A stretch of 64,000 nucleotides of DNA. Origin: Myxococcota bacterium. GTDB lineage: Bacteria; Myxococcota_A; UBA9042; PHBI01; JAWLBL01. The notes beneath the pieces are model-generated. The model searched no databases, had not been told where the DNA came from, and saw nothing but the letters and a program-made list of their open reading frames with translations. The stretch spans positions 224,001 through 288,000 of the forward strand of contig JAWLBL010000004.1 in NCBI GenBank assembly GCA_041687695.1, read 5' to 3'. Shown here in pieces: positions 28,883 through 43,504 of the stretch; position 1 is the first letter of the stretch; every line of letters begins with the position of its first letter. Both the position numbers and the translations under genes were made by a program.

Positions 28883-30481
28883 ATGCGGCCCATTGCGACC
28901 AAGGTCGACCCCCGCGACGCGGGCTTCCGCGACAACTACGCGGCCATGCGCGCGATGGTCGACAAGCTCGAGCAGGCGCTGGCGGCCTCGCGCGAGGGCG
29001 GCGGCGACAAGTACACGAGCCGCCACGAGGCCAAGGGCAAGCTGCTGCCGCGCGAGCGCATCGAGCTGCTGGTCGACCGCGACGGCTACTTCCTCGAGCT
29101 GATGCCGCTGGCCGGCCACGGGGTCAAGGGCGTCGGGCCGGGGGCGGGCGTGGTCGGCGGCATCGGCGTGGTCAGCGGCGTCGAGTGCCTCATCACGGCC
29201 AGCGAGGCGACGGTCAAGGGCGGCGCCATCAACGAGTACGGGCTGAAGAAGAGCCTGCGCCTGGCCGAGATCGGCGCCGCCAACGGGCTGCCCAACATCA
29301 GCCTCATCGAGTCGGCCGGCGCGGATCTGCCCAACCAGTCGAAGATCTTCGTCCCGGGCGGCCAGACCTTCCGCGACATCACGCGGCGCTCGAAGGAGGG
29401 GATCCCCAGCGTCTGCGTGGTCTTCGGCAGCTCGACCGCGGGCGGCGCCTACATCCCGGGCATGAGCGACCACGTGGTCATGGTCAAGGACCAGGCGAAG
29501 GTCTTCCTGGCCGGGCCGCCGCTGGTCAAGATGGCGACCGGCGAGGTGACCGACGACGAGGCGCTGGGCGGCGCGGTCATGCACTCGCGGGTGTCCGGGG
29601 TGTCGGACTATCTGGCGCAGGACGAGCGCGACGGCGTGCGCCTCGCGCGCGAGATCGTCGGCCGGCTGAACTGGGAAAAGCGCGGGCGCGTGGCCATGCA
29701 GGCGGCCGAGCCGCCGCTGTACGACCCGGACGAGCTGCTGGGCATCGCCTCGGCCGACGTGCGGCGGCCCTTCGACCAGCGCGAGGTCATCGCCCGCGTC
29801 GTCGACGGGTCGCGCTTTTCCGAGTTCAAGCGCGAGTACGGCACGACCCTGGTCTGCGGCTGGGCGTTCCTGCACGGCCACCTGGTCGGGATCCTGGCCA
29901 ACAACGGCATCCTCTTCAGCGAGTCGGCCAACAAGGGGGCGCAGTTCATCCAGCTGTGCAACCAGCGCGGCATCCCGCTGGTCTTCCTGCAGAACATCAC
30001 CGGCTTCATGGTCGGCCGGCAGTACGAGGAGGGCGGCATCATCAAGAACGGCGCCAAGCTCATCAACGCCGTCTCCAACAGCGAGGTGCCCATCCTGACG
30101 GTCATGACCGGCGCCAGCTACGGCGCCGGCAACTACGGCATGGCCGGCCGCGCCTACGACCCGCGCATGCTCTTCACCTGGCCCAACCACAAGATCGCGG
30201 TGATGGGCCCCGAGCAGCTCGCGGGCGTGCTGGACATCATCCGCCGCGAGAGCGCCGAAAAGCGCGGCGAGGCCGTCGACGAGAAGCAGCTCGAGATGGC
30301 CAAGGCCATGCTGCGCATGCAGATCGAGAAGGAGTCCGACGCCTTCTTCGCCACGGCCAACCTCTGGGACGACGGCATCATCGACCCGCGCCAGACCCGC
30401 GACGTGCTGGGCATCGCCCTGTCCGCCGCGCTGACGCGCGAGGTCCGCCCGACGACCCAGTGGGGCGTCTTCCGCCACTGA
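28883..30481 (+). CDS. Acyl-CoA carboxylase carboxyltransferase (beta) subunit, geranyl-/methylcrotonyl-CoA type
   Basis: [66 protein letters not shown]. Confidence 0.92.
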   Translation: MRPIATKVDPRDAGFRDNYAAMRAMVDKLEQALAASREGGGDKYTSRHEAKGKLLPRERIELLVDRDGYFLELMPLAGHGVKGVGPGAGVVGGIGVVSGVECLITASEATVKGGAINEYGLKKSLRLAEIGAANGLPNISLIESAGADLPNQSKIFVPGGQTFRDITRRSKEGIPSVCVVFGSSTAGGAYIPGMSDHVVMVKDQAKVFLAGPPLVKMATGEVTDDEALGGAVMHSRVSGVSDYLAQDERDGVRLAREIVGRLNWEKRGRVAMQAAEPPLYDPDELLGIASADVRRPFDQREVIARVVDGSRFSEFKREYGTTLVCGWAFLHGHLVGILANNGILFSESANKGAQFIQLCNQRGIPLVFLQNITGFMVGRQYEEGGIIKNGAKLINAVSNSEVPILTVMTGASYGAGNYGMAGRAYDPRMLFTWPNHKIAVMGPEQLAGVLDIIRRESAEKRGEAVDEKQLEMAKAMLRMQIEKESDAFFATANLWDDGIIDPRQTRDVLGIALSAALTREVRPTTQWGVFRH

Positions 30482-30512
30482 GCCCGCGCGCCACGTCCCT
30501 GGGAGCCCACCC

Positions 30513-32492
<1,980 letters not shown>

Positions 32493-32501
32493 CGGCGCGG
32501 G

Positions 32502-34766
32502 TCAGCGCGCCAGCCGCTGCTTGTCGCTGGCGCTCAGGGCCTTGGCGCCGTCGGGAGCGACGACCACCGCCACCCCGCCGACCACCACGGTCACCCGCTC
32601 GCCCAGGGCCAGCGCCTTCTTCAGATCCGGCCGCAGCTGGGCCAGCTCGACCCAGGCGGGGCTGAAGGGCGCGACCCGCACCTCGGGCATGCCCGCGCGG
32701 TGGGCGGTGTCCAGCCAGGCCTGGCCGTCCCAGCGGAAGACCCGTCCGTCCGCGTAGCGCACCGTGGCGACGTCGCCGCCGGCGGTCTGCTTGTCCTTGA
32801 GGTGCTTGACCACCTTGGCGTTGTCGACGCCCTGGCGGCCGCTGTCCTTCTTGAGCGCCTCGGCCGGCTTGGCGCCGCCCTGGGCGGCCGAGCGGCTCAT
32901 CAGCTTGCCGGGCGAGGCCTCGGCCTCCTCGGCCGCGGGGGCGTCGGCGTCGCTGCCGAACCCGAAGTTGCCGCGCTCGCGGCGGAGCGTGGGCCGCGGC
33001 GGCAGCGGGCGCGGGCGCGGGTCGGGGCGCGCGGTGGCCACGTCCTCGACCACCAGGTAGCTGGTGTAGGGCGTCACGATGCCGTAGCGGGTCGCCAGCT
33101 GGACGATCTCGTCTTTGAGCCCCTGGGTCTCGCCTTCGAGCCGCACCTGGTCGAGCAGCACGCCGACCTGCCGGTGGGCCCACAGCGGCGCCAGGAAGGC
33201 GTTGTCGGGCTGGCGCTCGGGGAAGCGCCCCTCGAAGTCGTAGCGCTTTTCAGAGCCGGCGAAGGTGCCGGTCAGCCGGATCAGCGAGTCGCCGTCACCG
33301 CGGTAGCGCCCGACCAGCACGAGCTGGCCGCCCTTGAACAGATCCGGCACCCGCCCGGGCACCAGCGCGTAGGGGCGCGCCGTGGCCATGTCCAGCTTCA
33401 CGCCGGTCAGCACGGGGTGGGCCACCTGGCCGTACAGCGCGCTCACGGCGGCCTCGATGTCCTCGTCGGGGCGCACGTAGTGGCTGGTCCCGCCGCCGTC
33501 CATGGCCAGGCGGTCCAGCAGGTGCGTGTTGACCTCTTCGCCGATGCCGAAGGTGAACAGGCGCGTGTCGCGGCCGCGCCGCTCGGCGGCGTTGTCCAGG
33601 ATCTTCTTGATGTCGGTCTGCCCGACCGTCGGCCGGCCGTCGGTCATGAAGACGACCAGGTGCGGCGTCCGCGCGTCGCCCGGGGTCGCCAGCGCCGCCT
33701 TCAGGGCCTCGTCGATGGACGTGCCGCCCGCCGCCTCGAAGCCCTCGACGAACCGCTGGCCGCGCGCGACGTTGTCCCGCGTCGCCGGCAGCAGCCCCTC
33801 GCTGAAGGCCTCGACGTCGCTCGAGAAGCGGACGATGTTGAAGCGGTCGTCGCTGCCCAGCTGCCCCAGGCAGTAGGCCAGCGCCTTGCGCGCGTGGTCC
33901 ATGGCCTTGGCGCTCATCGAGCCCGAGGTGTCCAGCACGAAGGTGATGGCCTTGCCCTGGATCTCTTGGCTGTCGAACACCTCGCGCGGCGCCGCCACCA
34001 GCATGAAGTAGCCGGGCTCGGCGGGGCTGGGCCGGTGGGTCAGCAGCGTCAGGCCGACGTCCTTCTTCGAGATGCCGAAGTACAGGACGAAGTCGGTGTC
34101 GAGCGTGACCTCGTTGCCCTCGAAGCCGACCGTCGCGTGGTTGTCGCCGCGGCGCGCCACCGAGATGCGGTGGGTCGGCGAGTAGACGGCCTTGATGGGC
34201 GTCGCGTGCTGCAGGGTCGCGGTCAGCGTGAAGTCCTGCAGGGTCTTGGCGGCGCGCGCCGGCGTCTTGAGCGGGTAGACCAGCTTGTAGGTGCCGTCCA
34301 TGAAGGGCACCACCTGGGTGTAGGTCACCTCGACCTTCTGCTCGCCGCGCGGGGGCACCGGGAAGATGCGCGCCTTGAAGAGGTTGGGGCTCATCCAGTC
34401 GATGATCCCCGGGTCGACCATGCGGCGCACGATGTCGGTGTAGATCTGGTTGGCCTTGTCCTTGGGCAGCACCTCGCCCTTCTGCATGCGGCCGTTGACC
34501 ATCAGGTGGAAGTCGACCACCACGGCCTCGGTCGGGACCGGGAACAGGTACTGGGCCTCGAGCGGCCGGTCGGTGTGGTTGACGAAGACCTGCTCGACCT
34601 TGGTGACGGCGGTGCCGTCCTTGACCTGGATGTCGACGCGCTGGTGCTTGAGCGCGAACGGCGTGACCTGGGTGTCGGTCGGCAGCAGCAGGCCGGTGGC
34701 GTGCGCGGCGGGCGCGGCCAGGGCGCACAGCGACAGGGCGAGGGCGAGGCGGACGAGGCGGTTCAT
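32502..34766 (-). CDS. Secreted VIT + vWA domain protein (inter-alpha-trypsin-inhibitor heavy-chain-like)
   Basis: Signal peptide; VIT (VEQVFVN…LEAQYLFP); MIDAS LDTSGSM, GGT, FMTDG; IVTPYTSYLV. Confidence 0.88.
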   Translation of the reverse strand: MNRLVRLALALSLCALAAPAAHATGLLLPTDTQVTPFALKHQRVDIQVKDGTAVTKVEQVFVNHTDRPLEAQYLFPVPTEAVVVDFHLMVNGRMQKGEVLPKDKANQIYTDIVRRMVDPGIIDWMSPNLFKARIFPVPPRGEQKVEVTYTQVVPFMDGTYKLVYPLKTPARAAKTLQDFTLTATLQHATPIKAVYSPTHRISVARRGDNHATVGFEGNEVTLDTDFVLYFGISKKDVGLTLLTHRPSPAEPGYFMLVAAPREVFDSQEIQGKAITFVLDTSGSMSAKAMDHARKALAYCLGQLGSDDRFNIVRFSSDVEAFSEGLLPATRDNVARGQRFVEGFEAAGGTSIDEALKAALATPGDARTPHLVVFMTDGRPTVGQTDIKKILDNAAERRGRDTRLFTFGIGEEVNTHLLDRLAMDGGGTSHYVRPDEDIEAAVSALYGQVAHPVLTGVKLDMATARPYALVPGRVPDLFKGGQLVLVGRYRGDGDSLIRLTGTFAGSEKRYDFEGRFPERQPDNAFLAPLWAHRQVGVLLDQVRLEGETQGLKDEIVQLATRYGIVTPYTSYLVVEDVATARPDPRPRPLPPRPTLRRERGNFGFGSDADAPAAEEAEASPGKLMSRSAAQGGAKPAEALKKDSGRQGVDNAKVVKHLKDKQTAGGDVATVRYADGRVFRWDGQAWLDTAHRAGMPEVRVAPFSPAWVELAQLRPDLKKALALGERVTVVVGGVAVVVAPDGAKALSASDKQRLAR

Positions 34767-34840
34767 GAGCGTGACTCCCTTCGCGACGGGCGAACGGGCC
34801 TGTCGACGCGCCAGCCCGCCGAACGATCTACACCCGCGAA

Positions 34841-35587
34841 CTACGCCCGCGAGAACCCGGCCGCCGCCCGCGCCGCGCGCTGGCCGTAGGCGCTGGCCGG
34901 CGCCAGCTTCGCCGCCTTGCGCCAGGCGGCCATCGCCTCGCTCGGGCGCCCCGCGCGGGCCAGCGCGTCGCCTTGCCACAAGATGTTGCGCGCCCGCACC
35001 ACCCGCGTCAGCGGGAAGGCCCGCGCCCCGCTCAGCGCGGCCAGCGCCTGGGCCGCCTCGGCCGGCGCCCGTTCGGTCGCGACCCGCGCCGCCACGGCCT
35101 GCACCTCGGCGTGCCGCGCCGCCTCGGGCGCCGCCTGGGCCGCCTCCAGCGCTCGCTCGGCCCACCAGCGCTGCCCCAGCTGCAGGTTCGCCTCGACCTC
35201 GACCGCCAGCGCCGTCAGCCGGTCCTCGGGCCGCAGCCTGGCCCCCGCCCGCAGCGCCTCCAGCGCCCGCAGCGCCTCGCGCGGCCGCTCGCTGGCCACC
35301 AACCCCTGGCACCGCCGCAGCCGGTAGTGCGCCTTGAACCAGGGCGACCGGGCGGCCGTGATGCGCTGCGTCACCGCCAGCTCGAACAGCTCGCCCTGGC
35401 CGTCGGTCACCAGCCGGTGCAGCGCGTGGTAGGCGCCGTAGGCGCGGAAGAACGCCCAGGCCAGCATCAGGTGCGCGCCGCCGATGAGCGCCAGCACCCC
35501 CGGCGAGGCCGGCAGCACCTCGAAAAACAGCAGCGCCGAGACGACGAGCGAGCCCAGGACGAGGGCGCCGAACGCAAGCGCGAGCAC
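34841..35587 (-). CDS. Hypothetical membrane protein, two N-terminal TM helices and Ala-rich TPR-like helices
   Basis: Hydrophobic N-terminus; C-terminal WQGDALARAGRPSEAMAAWRKAAKLAP TPR-like motif. Confidence 0.65.
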   Translation of the reverse strand: MLALAFGALVLGSLVVSALLFFEVLPASPGVLALIGGAHLMLAWAFFRAYGAYHALHRLVTDGQGELFELAVTQRITAARSPWFKAHYRLRRCQGLVASERPREALRALEALRAGARLRPEDRLTALAVEVEANLQLGQRWWAERALEAAQAAPEAARHAEVQAVAARVATERAPAEAAQALAALSGARAFPLTRVVRARNILWQGDALARAGRPSEAMAAWRKAAKLAPASAYGQRAARAAAGFSRA

Positions 35588-35600
35588 GCCCGCCGCCGGC

Positions 35601-38600
35601 CTACTGCGCGCCCGTGGGCGTGGGCGCCCCGCCGCACAGCACGTCGTACTCCAGCTCGACGTTCTGCCCGTAGTCCGGGAAGCAGGCGCCGCCCTCCTCG
35701 AACACCACCGCGCCCGACGACTCGTTCCAGAACCAGCCCTCGCTGCACGGTTGCCCGTCGACGCGCACCACCAGCGACCCCGGGTCGACGGGGTAGGTCG
35801 GATAGAAGCGGTCCTTGAGCCCGAAGGTCTTGCCGGCGACGGCCTCGAACTCGGCCCCGAAGTCGTCGGCGCAGATGCTGGCGACGTGTCCGCCGGTCGC
35901 CTCGGCGGCCTGGATGTAGCGCAGCCCGACCGAGCCCCACGGCGTGAAGCAGCCGTCGAGCGTCTCGACCACCGAGTGGATGCGCACCCCGACGCCGCTG
36001 CCCGGCTTCTTCAGGGCCGCGAGGTGGCTGACGTACCAGGCGACCGACTGCGGGCTCGAGTCCTCCTCGTCGCTGACCATGATGACGACCAGCTCGGCGT
36101 CGTCGCGCAGAAAGCCCCAGTTCGGGCCGCGGCACTGCCCCTCGAGGCACCACAGGTACAGGCCCGGGCCGTACTCGGGGCACTGGCCGGGCGCGTTGAC
36201 GCAGGTGATGTCGGTCTCCATGACGTTGCCGCCCGTCAGGGCCAGCCACGCGGCCTCGAGGCCCTTCTCGTCGCCCGAGCCGGTGATGCCGACGATGAGG
36301 TTCTGCGCGAACACCGCCGGGTCGTCGCCGGTCTTGGCGACGGGCGGGAAGCCCTTGAAGCGCCCGCGCAGGCCGGTCGTCTGCTCGACGTCGGTGGTCG
36401 TCACCGCCAGCTGGTAGTCCTGCCCCCAGCCGGTCGCGATCTGCACCAGCTTGGGCAGCTCGTTCTTCAGCATGTGCTGCTTGTCGGACATCGACCCCGA
36501 GTCGTCGACGATGAACAGCACGTCCACCTTGGCGGGCGGCACCTGCTCGAACACGTCGACGTGGTGGTCGACGTCGATGGCCTTGCCCACCGCCGGGATG
36601 ACCGCCTGCTTCTGGTTGTCCCAGTTCTTCAGCGGCGCGTCGGTCTCCAGCTCCAGCTGGCAGCTGCGCTCGCCCCCCTCGGTCGGCGCGAACCGGACCT
36701 CGAGGTACAGCGTCCCGAAGGGCGGCACCTTCGCCGGCAGCGCCGCCCCGTAGACCTTCACCTCGCCCTCGCAGCCGACCGCGTCGAACCCGGTCACCGT
36801 CCCCTCGAGCGGCCCCGGGTTGGTCACCGTCACCAGGTGCGCCGCCCCCTCGCAGTCGGTGCGCACCGTCCCGAAGTCGATCTCCGGCGGGTCCACCAGC
36901 AGCATCGGCACCGCGCTCTCGCCGCGCAGGTTGATGCCCGCCATCCACCCGCCCGGCGGCGCCACGTACTTGGCCGTCGCCGTGTTCGGGTCGTGCAGCA
37001 TCACGGCGAGCCGCCCGAAGTGCGAGTCGCGCCCCAGGATGAGGTTCTCGACCTCGGGCGCGTCGAAGGTCACCTCGAAGTCCAGGTGCCCGCCCGGCCC
37101 GAGGACCTGCTTGAAGGCCGGCCCCTCGGCCAGCCCGAAGGGCGTCACGAACCCGGACTGGCACTGGAAGTAGTGCCGCACGCCCGCCTGCACCTTCAGG
37201 CACCCGTCGACGAACACCTCGCGGTACTCGCAGTTGCCCGAGCCGTAGTTGACCAGCTGCAGGGTCCGGGTGGCCTCGGTGCCCTCCTTGATGCCGCCGA
37301 ACGTCAGCAGCTCCGGCGCGAACGCCGGCTCGCACGTCGGCCGCTGCGCCCGCCGCGCCACCACGTCGAGCGGGTAGGCCGGCACCAGCGGGTCGCTCGT
37401 GTTCACCGTGAAGCGCGCGAACTCGGTGCCCTGCGTCCCCTCGGTGTTCTCGAAGGTCAGCTCGAGCGTCACCGACTCGCCCGGGTTCAGCGTCGCCGGC
37501 AGCTTGCCCGCGTCGGGGAAGCCGAACTCGCTCGACGTCGCGTCGCTCAGCTGCGCCGCGGTCACCTTCATGGGCTGCTCACCCACGTTCAGCGCCGTCA
37601 CGGTGCGCTTGCCGACGAAGCCCTCGGCCACGTAGCCGAAGTCGATGACGTCGTCGGGCACGAACACGATGGACGGCGTCCCGGCGGCGCCGAACAGCGG
37701 CACCGTCGCCGGGTCGTTGGCGGCGTCGTTCGAGCGGACGACCACCTTCGCCAGCGGGACGCCGGTCATGGGGATGTCGTCGATCGGCTGGAAGTACGCG
37801 CCGAAGGTGATCGAGTCCTTGGGCGCCAGGACCAACTCGCTCGTGCCGACCCAGCCCAGGTCGATGCCGGCCAGGTACACGGTCGGCTGCGCCTCGACCA
37901 GCTCGAACGAGCTCAGCACGAGGTCGGCGTTGCCCTCGTTGCGCAGCTTGACCTCGACGTAGCGGCTCTCGCCGGGGGCGACCCAACCGAACTGCACGTT
38001 CGCCGGCTCGACGACCAGCAGCGGCGTCTCCTCCTCGCCCTCGAGCGGCACGGTGACGGTGACGTCCTCGCGGTCGGTCAGGACGCGCAGGACGGCGTCG
38101 TCCCGGTCCTTGCCCGACGGGCTGTAGGTGACGTGGACCAGGCGCGACTCGGTCTCGGGGATCACGGTCTGGGCGGTCACGTCGCAGGCGAAGTCCGCGT
38201 CGGCGTCGTCGACGATCTCGCAGCCGGTCAGCACGGCCGGGGCCGTCCCCACGTTCGACAGGCGCACGCCGATGGTCTTGGGCGCGCCGGCCTGCACCAC
38301 GCCGAAGTCGACCGCCGTCGGGGTCGCCACCAGCGTAGCCCGCTGGCCCGGGGTCTTGATGGGGATCTCGGTCTTGCTGCTCGAGGCCAGGTTGTGCCCG
38401 ATGACCAGCTGCCCCTCGTCGGGCTCGTCGTGCTCGCTCTTGTAGACGATCTGGATGCGGGTCTCCTCGCCTGGCGCGAGCGAACGCTTCTCGATGGTGC
38501 CGACCGACAGGTCCGGCGAGTCGGTGACCAGCTTGATGGGGTCCAGCCGGACGACGCCGCCCGTCCCGGTGTGGCGCACGGTCACCAGGCGCTTGGCGAC

Positions 38601-38762
38601 GCCGCCGCGCGGCACGTCTTCGAAGGACAGGATCGAGGGCGAGATCTCGAGGCGGGCCTCGGGGCCCAGCTGGAAGGCCTCGGACCCGTCGGAGCAGGCC
38701 GCGAGCAGGGCCAGGCCCATCGCGACGAGCGCGGCTGACCTCAACGGTGTCGGACGCTGCAT
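35601..38762 (-). CDS. Lipoprotein with multiple Ig-like (ASH/choice-of-anchor D type) domains and C-terminal vWA domain
   Basis: Lipobox LAAC; repeated P..(V/I)DFG…(L/V).N.G…L.PG.S units; vWA VDVLFIVDDSGSM, EKGL, GFLRDDAELVVIMVSDEED. Confidence 0.85.
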   Translation of the reverse strand: MQRPTPLRSAALVAMGLALLAACSDGSEAFQLGPEARLEISPSILSFEDVPRGGVAKRLVTVRHTGTGGVVRLDPIKLVTDSPDLSVGTIEKRSLAPGEETRIQIVYKSEHDEPDEGQLVIGHNLASSSKTEIPIKTPGQRATLVATPTAVDFGVVQAGAPKTIGVRLSNVGTAPAVLTGCEIVDDADADFACDVTAQTVIPETESRLVHVTYSPSGKDRDDAVLRVLTDREDVTVTVPLEGEEETPLLVVEPANVQFGWVAPGESRYVEVKLRNEGNADLVLSSFELVEAQPTVYLAGIDLGWVGTSELVLAPKDSITFGAYFQPIDDIPMTGVPLAKVVVRSNDAANDPATVPLFGAAGTPSIVFVPDDVIDFGYVAEGFVGKRTVTALNVGEQPMKVTAAQLSDATSSEFGFPDAGKLPATLNPGESVTLELTFENTEGTQGTEFARFTVNTSDPLVPAYPLDVVARRAQRPTCEPAFAPELLTFGGIKEGTEATRTLQLVNYGSGNCEYREVFVDGCLKVQAGVRHYFQCQSGFVTPFGLAEGPAFKQVLGPGGHLDFEVTFDAPEVENLILGRDSHFGRLAVMLHDPNTATAKYVAPPGGWMAGINLRGESAVPMLLVDPPEIDFGTVRTDCEGAAHLVTVTNPGPLEGTVTGFDAVGCEGEVKVYGAALPAKVPPFGTLYLEVRFAPTEGGERSCQLELETDAPLKNWDNQKQAVIPAVGKAIDVDHHVDVFEQVPPAKVDVLFIVDDSGSMSDKQHMLKNELPKLVQIATGWGQDYQLAVTTTDVEQTTGLRGRFKGFPPVAKTGDDPAVFAQNLIVGITGSGDEKGLEAAWLALTGGNVMETDITCVNAPGQCPEYGPGLYLWCLEGQCRGPNWGFLRDDAELVVIMVSDEEDSSPQSVAWYVSHLAALKKPGSGVGVRIHSVVETLDGCFTPWGSVGLRYIQAAEATGGHVASICADDFGAEFEAVAGKTFGLKDRFYPTYPVDPGSLVVRVDGQPCSEGWFWNESSGAVVFEEGGACFPDYGQNVELEYDVLCGGAPTPTGAQ

Positions 38763-38906
38763 CGATCCCCTCCCATCCGCAGGACTGCCTGGAGTATCAT
38801 CCAGGTCCGAGACGCTACAAGGGCGTTCCGAGATTCGAACGACGCGCCGGCGCGCCCCCGAGGCGACACCGCCGTCGCACTCCACCGCCCCCGGGAGCCT
38901 GCTGCC

Positions 38907-39659
38907 TTGACCCTCTGGACCGCCGCCGCGCTCGCCGCCTCCCTGGGGCTCGCCCCGCTGGGCGCCGACGCCGCACCGCCGGCCGCGAGCCCCACCACCG
39001 AGCGCCTGCTGCTCGACGTCGCGACGCGAGAGGCCTTCACCGCGCGCCACGCCTCGGCCTTCCTGCGCGTGCGCTATCGTCCAGCGCCGCCGCCGGGCCA
39101 GGACGTGGGCTTCCAGACCGAGCACGAGACCCTCGGGGCGGTCGTCTCCGGTCCCGGCGGCGTGCCCTGGGTGCTCGCGCCCGAGCACCTCCTCGCCGGC
39201 GTGGGCAAGGTCCAGCTGATCCTGGCCGACGGGCGAGAGGTCCCCGCCCGCGTGGTCCACGCCCGCGACCCCGACGAGGCGCCGCTGGCCCGGCTCGAGC
39301 CGACCTCGCCCGACGCGCTGGCCGGCCTCGCAAAGCTGGGCTGGGCGCCCGCCGACGCCGTGACCACCGGCGCCCGCGGCTGGGCCATCGAGTGGCCCGA
39401 CATGGGCCAGCTGCCCGCCGGCGCCCGGCCGCGCCCCGTGCTGGTCGACACCGAGCTGGGCGCCGAGGCCGAGCACCCCCTCGAGCGCTTCCGCACGGTC
39501 GCCCTGTCGCGGGCCGACGGGCTGGCGGTGGTCGACGCCGCCGGCCGGGTCCTGTGCATCGCCTACCGCGCCGTGCTGTCGCTCGACACCCTGAGCCTCT
39601 GCGCGCCCCGGGACGCGGCCCTCGGGCCGCTCGGCGTCGCCTCGCCGCCCGCCCCGTGA
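38907..39659 (+). CDS. Secreted trypsin/HtrA-fold-like protein with degenerate catalytic motif
   Basis: WVLAPEHLL…VQLILADGREVPARVV…LARL…GLAVVDAAGRVLCI parallels the HtrA protease domain, but GNSGG is absent; stop overlaps tilS start. Confidence 0.55.
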   Translation: MTLWTAAALAASLGLAPLGADAAPPAASPTTERLLLDVATREAFTARHASAFLRVRYRPAPPPGQDVGFQTEHETLGAVVSGPGGVPWVLAPEHLLAGVGKVQLILADGREVPARVVHARDPDEAPLARLEPTSPDALAGLAKLGWAPADAVTTGARGWAIEWPDMGQLPAGARPRPVLVDTELGAEAEHPLERFRTVALSRADGLAVVDAAGRVLCIAYRAVLSLDTLSLCAPRDAALGPLGVASPPAP

Positions 39660-41089
39660 CGCTCGCCGAGGTGGCCGCGAGCGTGGCCGACGCGCTCCGC
39701 GGCCCCTGCGCGGTGGCGTCCGGCACGCCCATCGTCGTCGCTTGCAGCGGCGGGGCCGACTCGGTGGCCCTGGCCCACGCGCTGGGCGCCTGCCGCCCCG
39801 AGTGGCCGGTAGCGCTGGTGGCCTTCGTCGATCACGGCCTGCGTGACGTCACCGACGAGCGCGCGGCGGCCCGGGCGGCGGCCGAGGCGCTGGGTGTGCC
39901 CTTCGCCGCCCGGCAGGTGGCCATCGAGCCCGGGCGCAACCTGCAGGCGGCCGCCCGGGCGGCGCGCTACGAGGCGCTCGAGGCGCTGACGCCACCCGGG
40001 GCCGTCCTCGCGACGGGGCACACCGCCACCGATCAGGCCGAGACGGTGCTGCAGCGCCTCGTGCGCGGCGCCGGGCTGCGAGGGCTGGCCGGCGTGCGGG
40101 CCCGATCCGGGCGGCGCGTGCGGCCGCTGTTGGCGGTGACCCGCGCCGCGACGCGGGGGCTCGGGCTGCCCTTCGCCGACGACGTGACCAACGCCACGGG
40201 CCGCTTCCTGCGCAATCGGCTGCGCGACCAGGTGCTGCCGCTGCTGGCGGCCGAGAACCCTCGCGTCGAGCAGGCGTTGGCCGAGGTCGCCCGCGCGGCC
40301 GCCGACGAGCTGGCCCTCGTCGACGCGCTGATCGCGCACCTGGCGCGGAGCGGGGCGCTGTCCCGGGCCGATCTCCGTGGCGCCGACCCGCGCCTGGTCG
40401 AGGCGGTCGTGCGGTGGCGGCACCGACACGAGCGGGGCGAGGCGCCGCTGCCGCGCGCGTCGGCCGCGGCGCTGGCCGACAAGCTGGTCGAAGGCGCAGC
40501 GTCGGCGCGGGTGAGCCTGGGCGCCGGACTGCGCGGCCATGCCCGGCGCGGGCGCCTGTCCTTCGAAAAGGACGACGATCCGCGCGGCCGCCTTGTTGCC
40601 CCCGGGCCGGGTTCCTATCGTCTGGGCCGCGTGCGGCTCACGCTCGAGCTCCGGCCAGTCGGGGCGAGCGAGGAGGCGGACGCGTCGGGGACGCATGCAG
40701 GGACGGCAGGGGCAGCGGGTGAGGCGACGGCCGCGGGCGACGGAGACGTCGCGCTGTGGGTCGACGCGTCGGCCGTGGTCTGGCCGCTCGAGCTGCGGCG
40801 TGCTCCGAGGTCTGGCGACTTCTCGCCGGGCGCGGGCGGCGGGGGCGAGGATCCTGCGCGTCGCGGCCGGTCGGAGTCGAGCTTCCGGACGTCCGGTGAG
40901 AATGTTTCCGGATCGGCCGCTGTTGGGGCCATACCGGGCAAGGACAAGATGCACCGGCTCGTGTTAGTGGATGGTGCGGGGCGGGTCGTGTGGCCGGTCC
41001 CATGGGAGCAACCAGCCGTCGAGACCGCGGCGCCGCGTCTTTCGCGTGGCGTCCGAACACTGAGGATTCGCCTGAGCCGAGACCCCTAG
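39656..41089 (+). CDS. tilS: tRNA(Ile)-lysidine synthase
   Basis: PP-loop ACSGGADS, VDHGLR, ARAARY, TGHTATDQAETVL, RPLL, RNRLR; upstream of ftsH. Confidence 0.9.
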   Translation: MTLAEVAASVADALRGPCAVASGTPIVVACSGGADSVALAHALGACRPEWPVALVAFVDHGLRDVTDERAAARAAAEALGVPFAARQVAIEPGRNLQAAARAARYEALEALTPPGAVLATGHTATDQAETVLQRLVRGAGLRGLAGVRARSGRRVRPLLAVTRAATRGLGLPFADDVTNATGRFLRNRLRDQVLPLLAAENPRVEQALAEVARAAADELALVDALIAHLARSGALSRADLRGADPRLVEAVVRWRHRHERGEAPLPRASAAALADKLVEGAASARVSLGAGLRGHARRGRLSFEKDDDPRGRLVAPGPGSYRLGRVRLTLELRPVGASEEADASGTHAGTAGAAGEATAAGDGDVALWVDASAVVWPLELRRAPRSGDFSPGAGGGGEDPARRGRSESSFRTSGENVSGSAAVGAIPGKDKMHRLVLVDGAGRVVWPVPWEQPAVETAAPRLSRGVRTLRIRLSRDP

Positions 41090-41147
41090 GTTGTACCGAC
41101 CTGGTCCTCACGGGTAACTTGGCGACGGCCGACCTGACAGCGGAAGG

Positions 41148-43499
<2,352 letters not shown>

Positions 43500-43504
43500 A
43501 TCCC

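Noticed and set aside
28071..29102. Repetitive ORFs spanning the 44-bp array (28071-28871, 28169-28822, 28321-28935, 28548-29102)
   Set aside because: They are by-products of a stop-free repeat whose period is not a multiple of 3, and they overlap better-supported genes
40640..41089. tilS frameshift or pseudogene
   Set aside because: The C-terminus is divergent and low-complexity, but the frame stays open and the catalytic N-terminal motifs are intact
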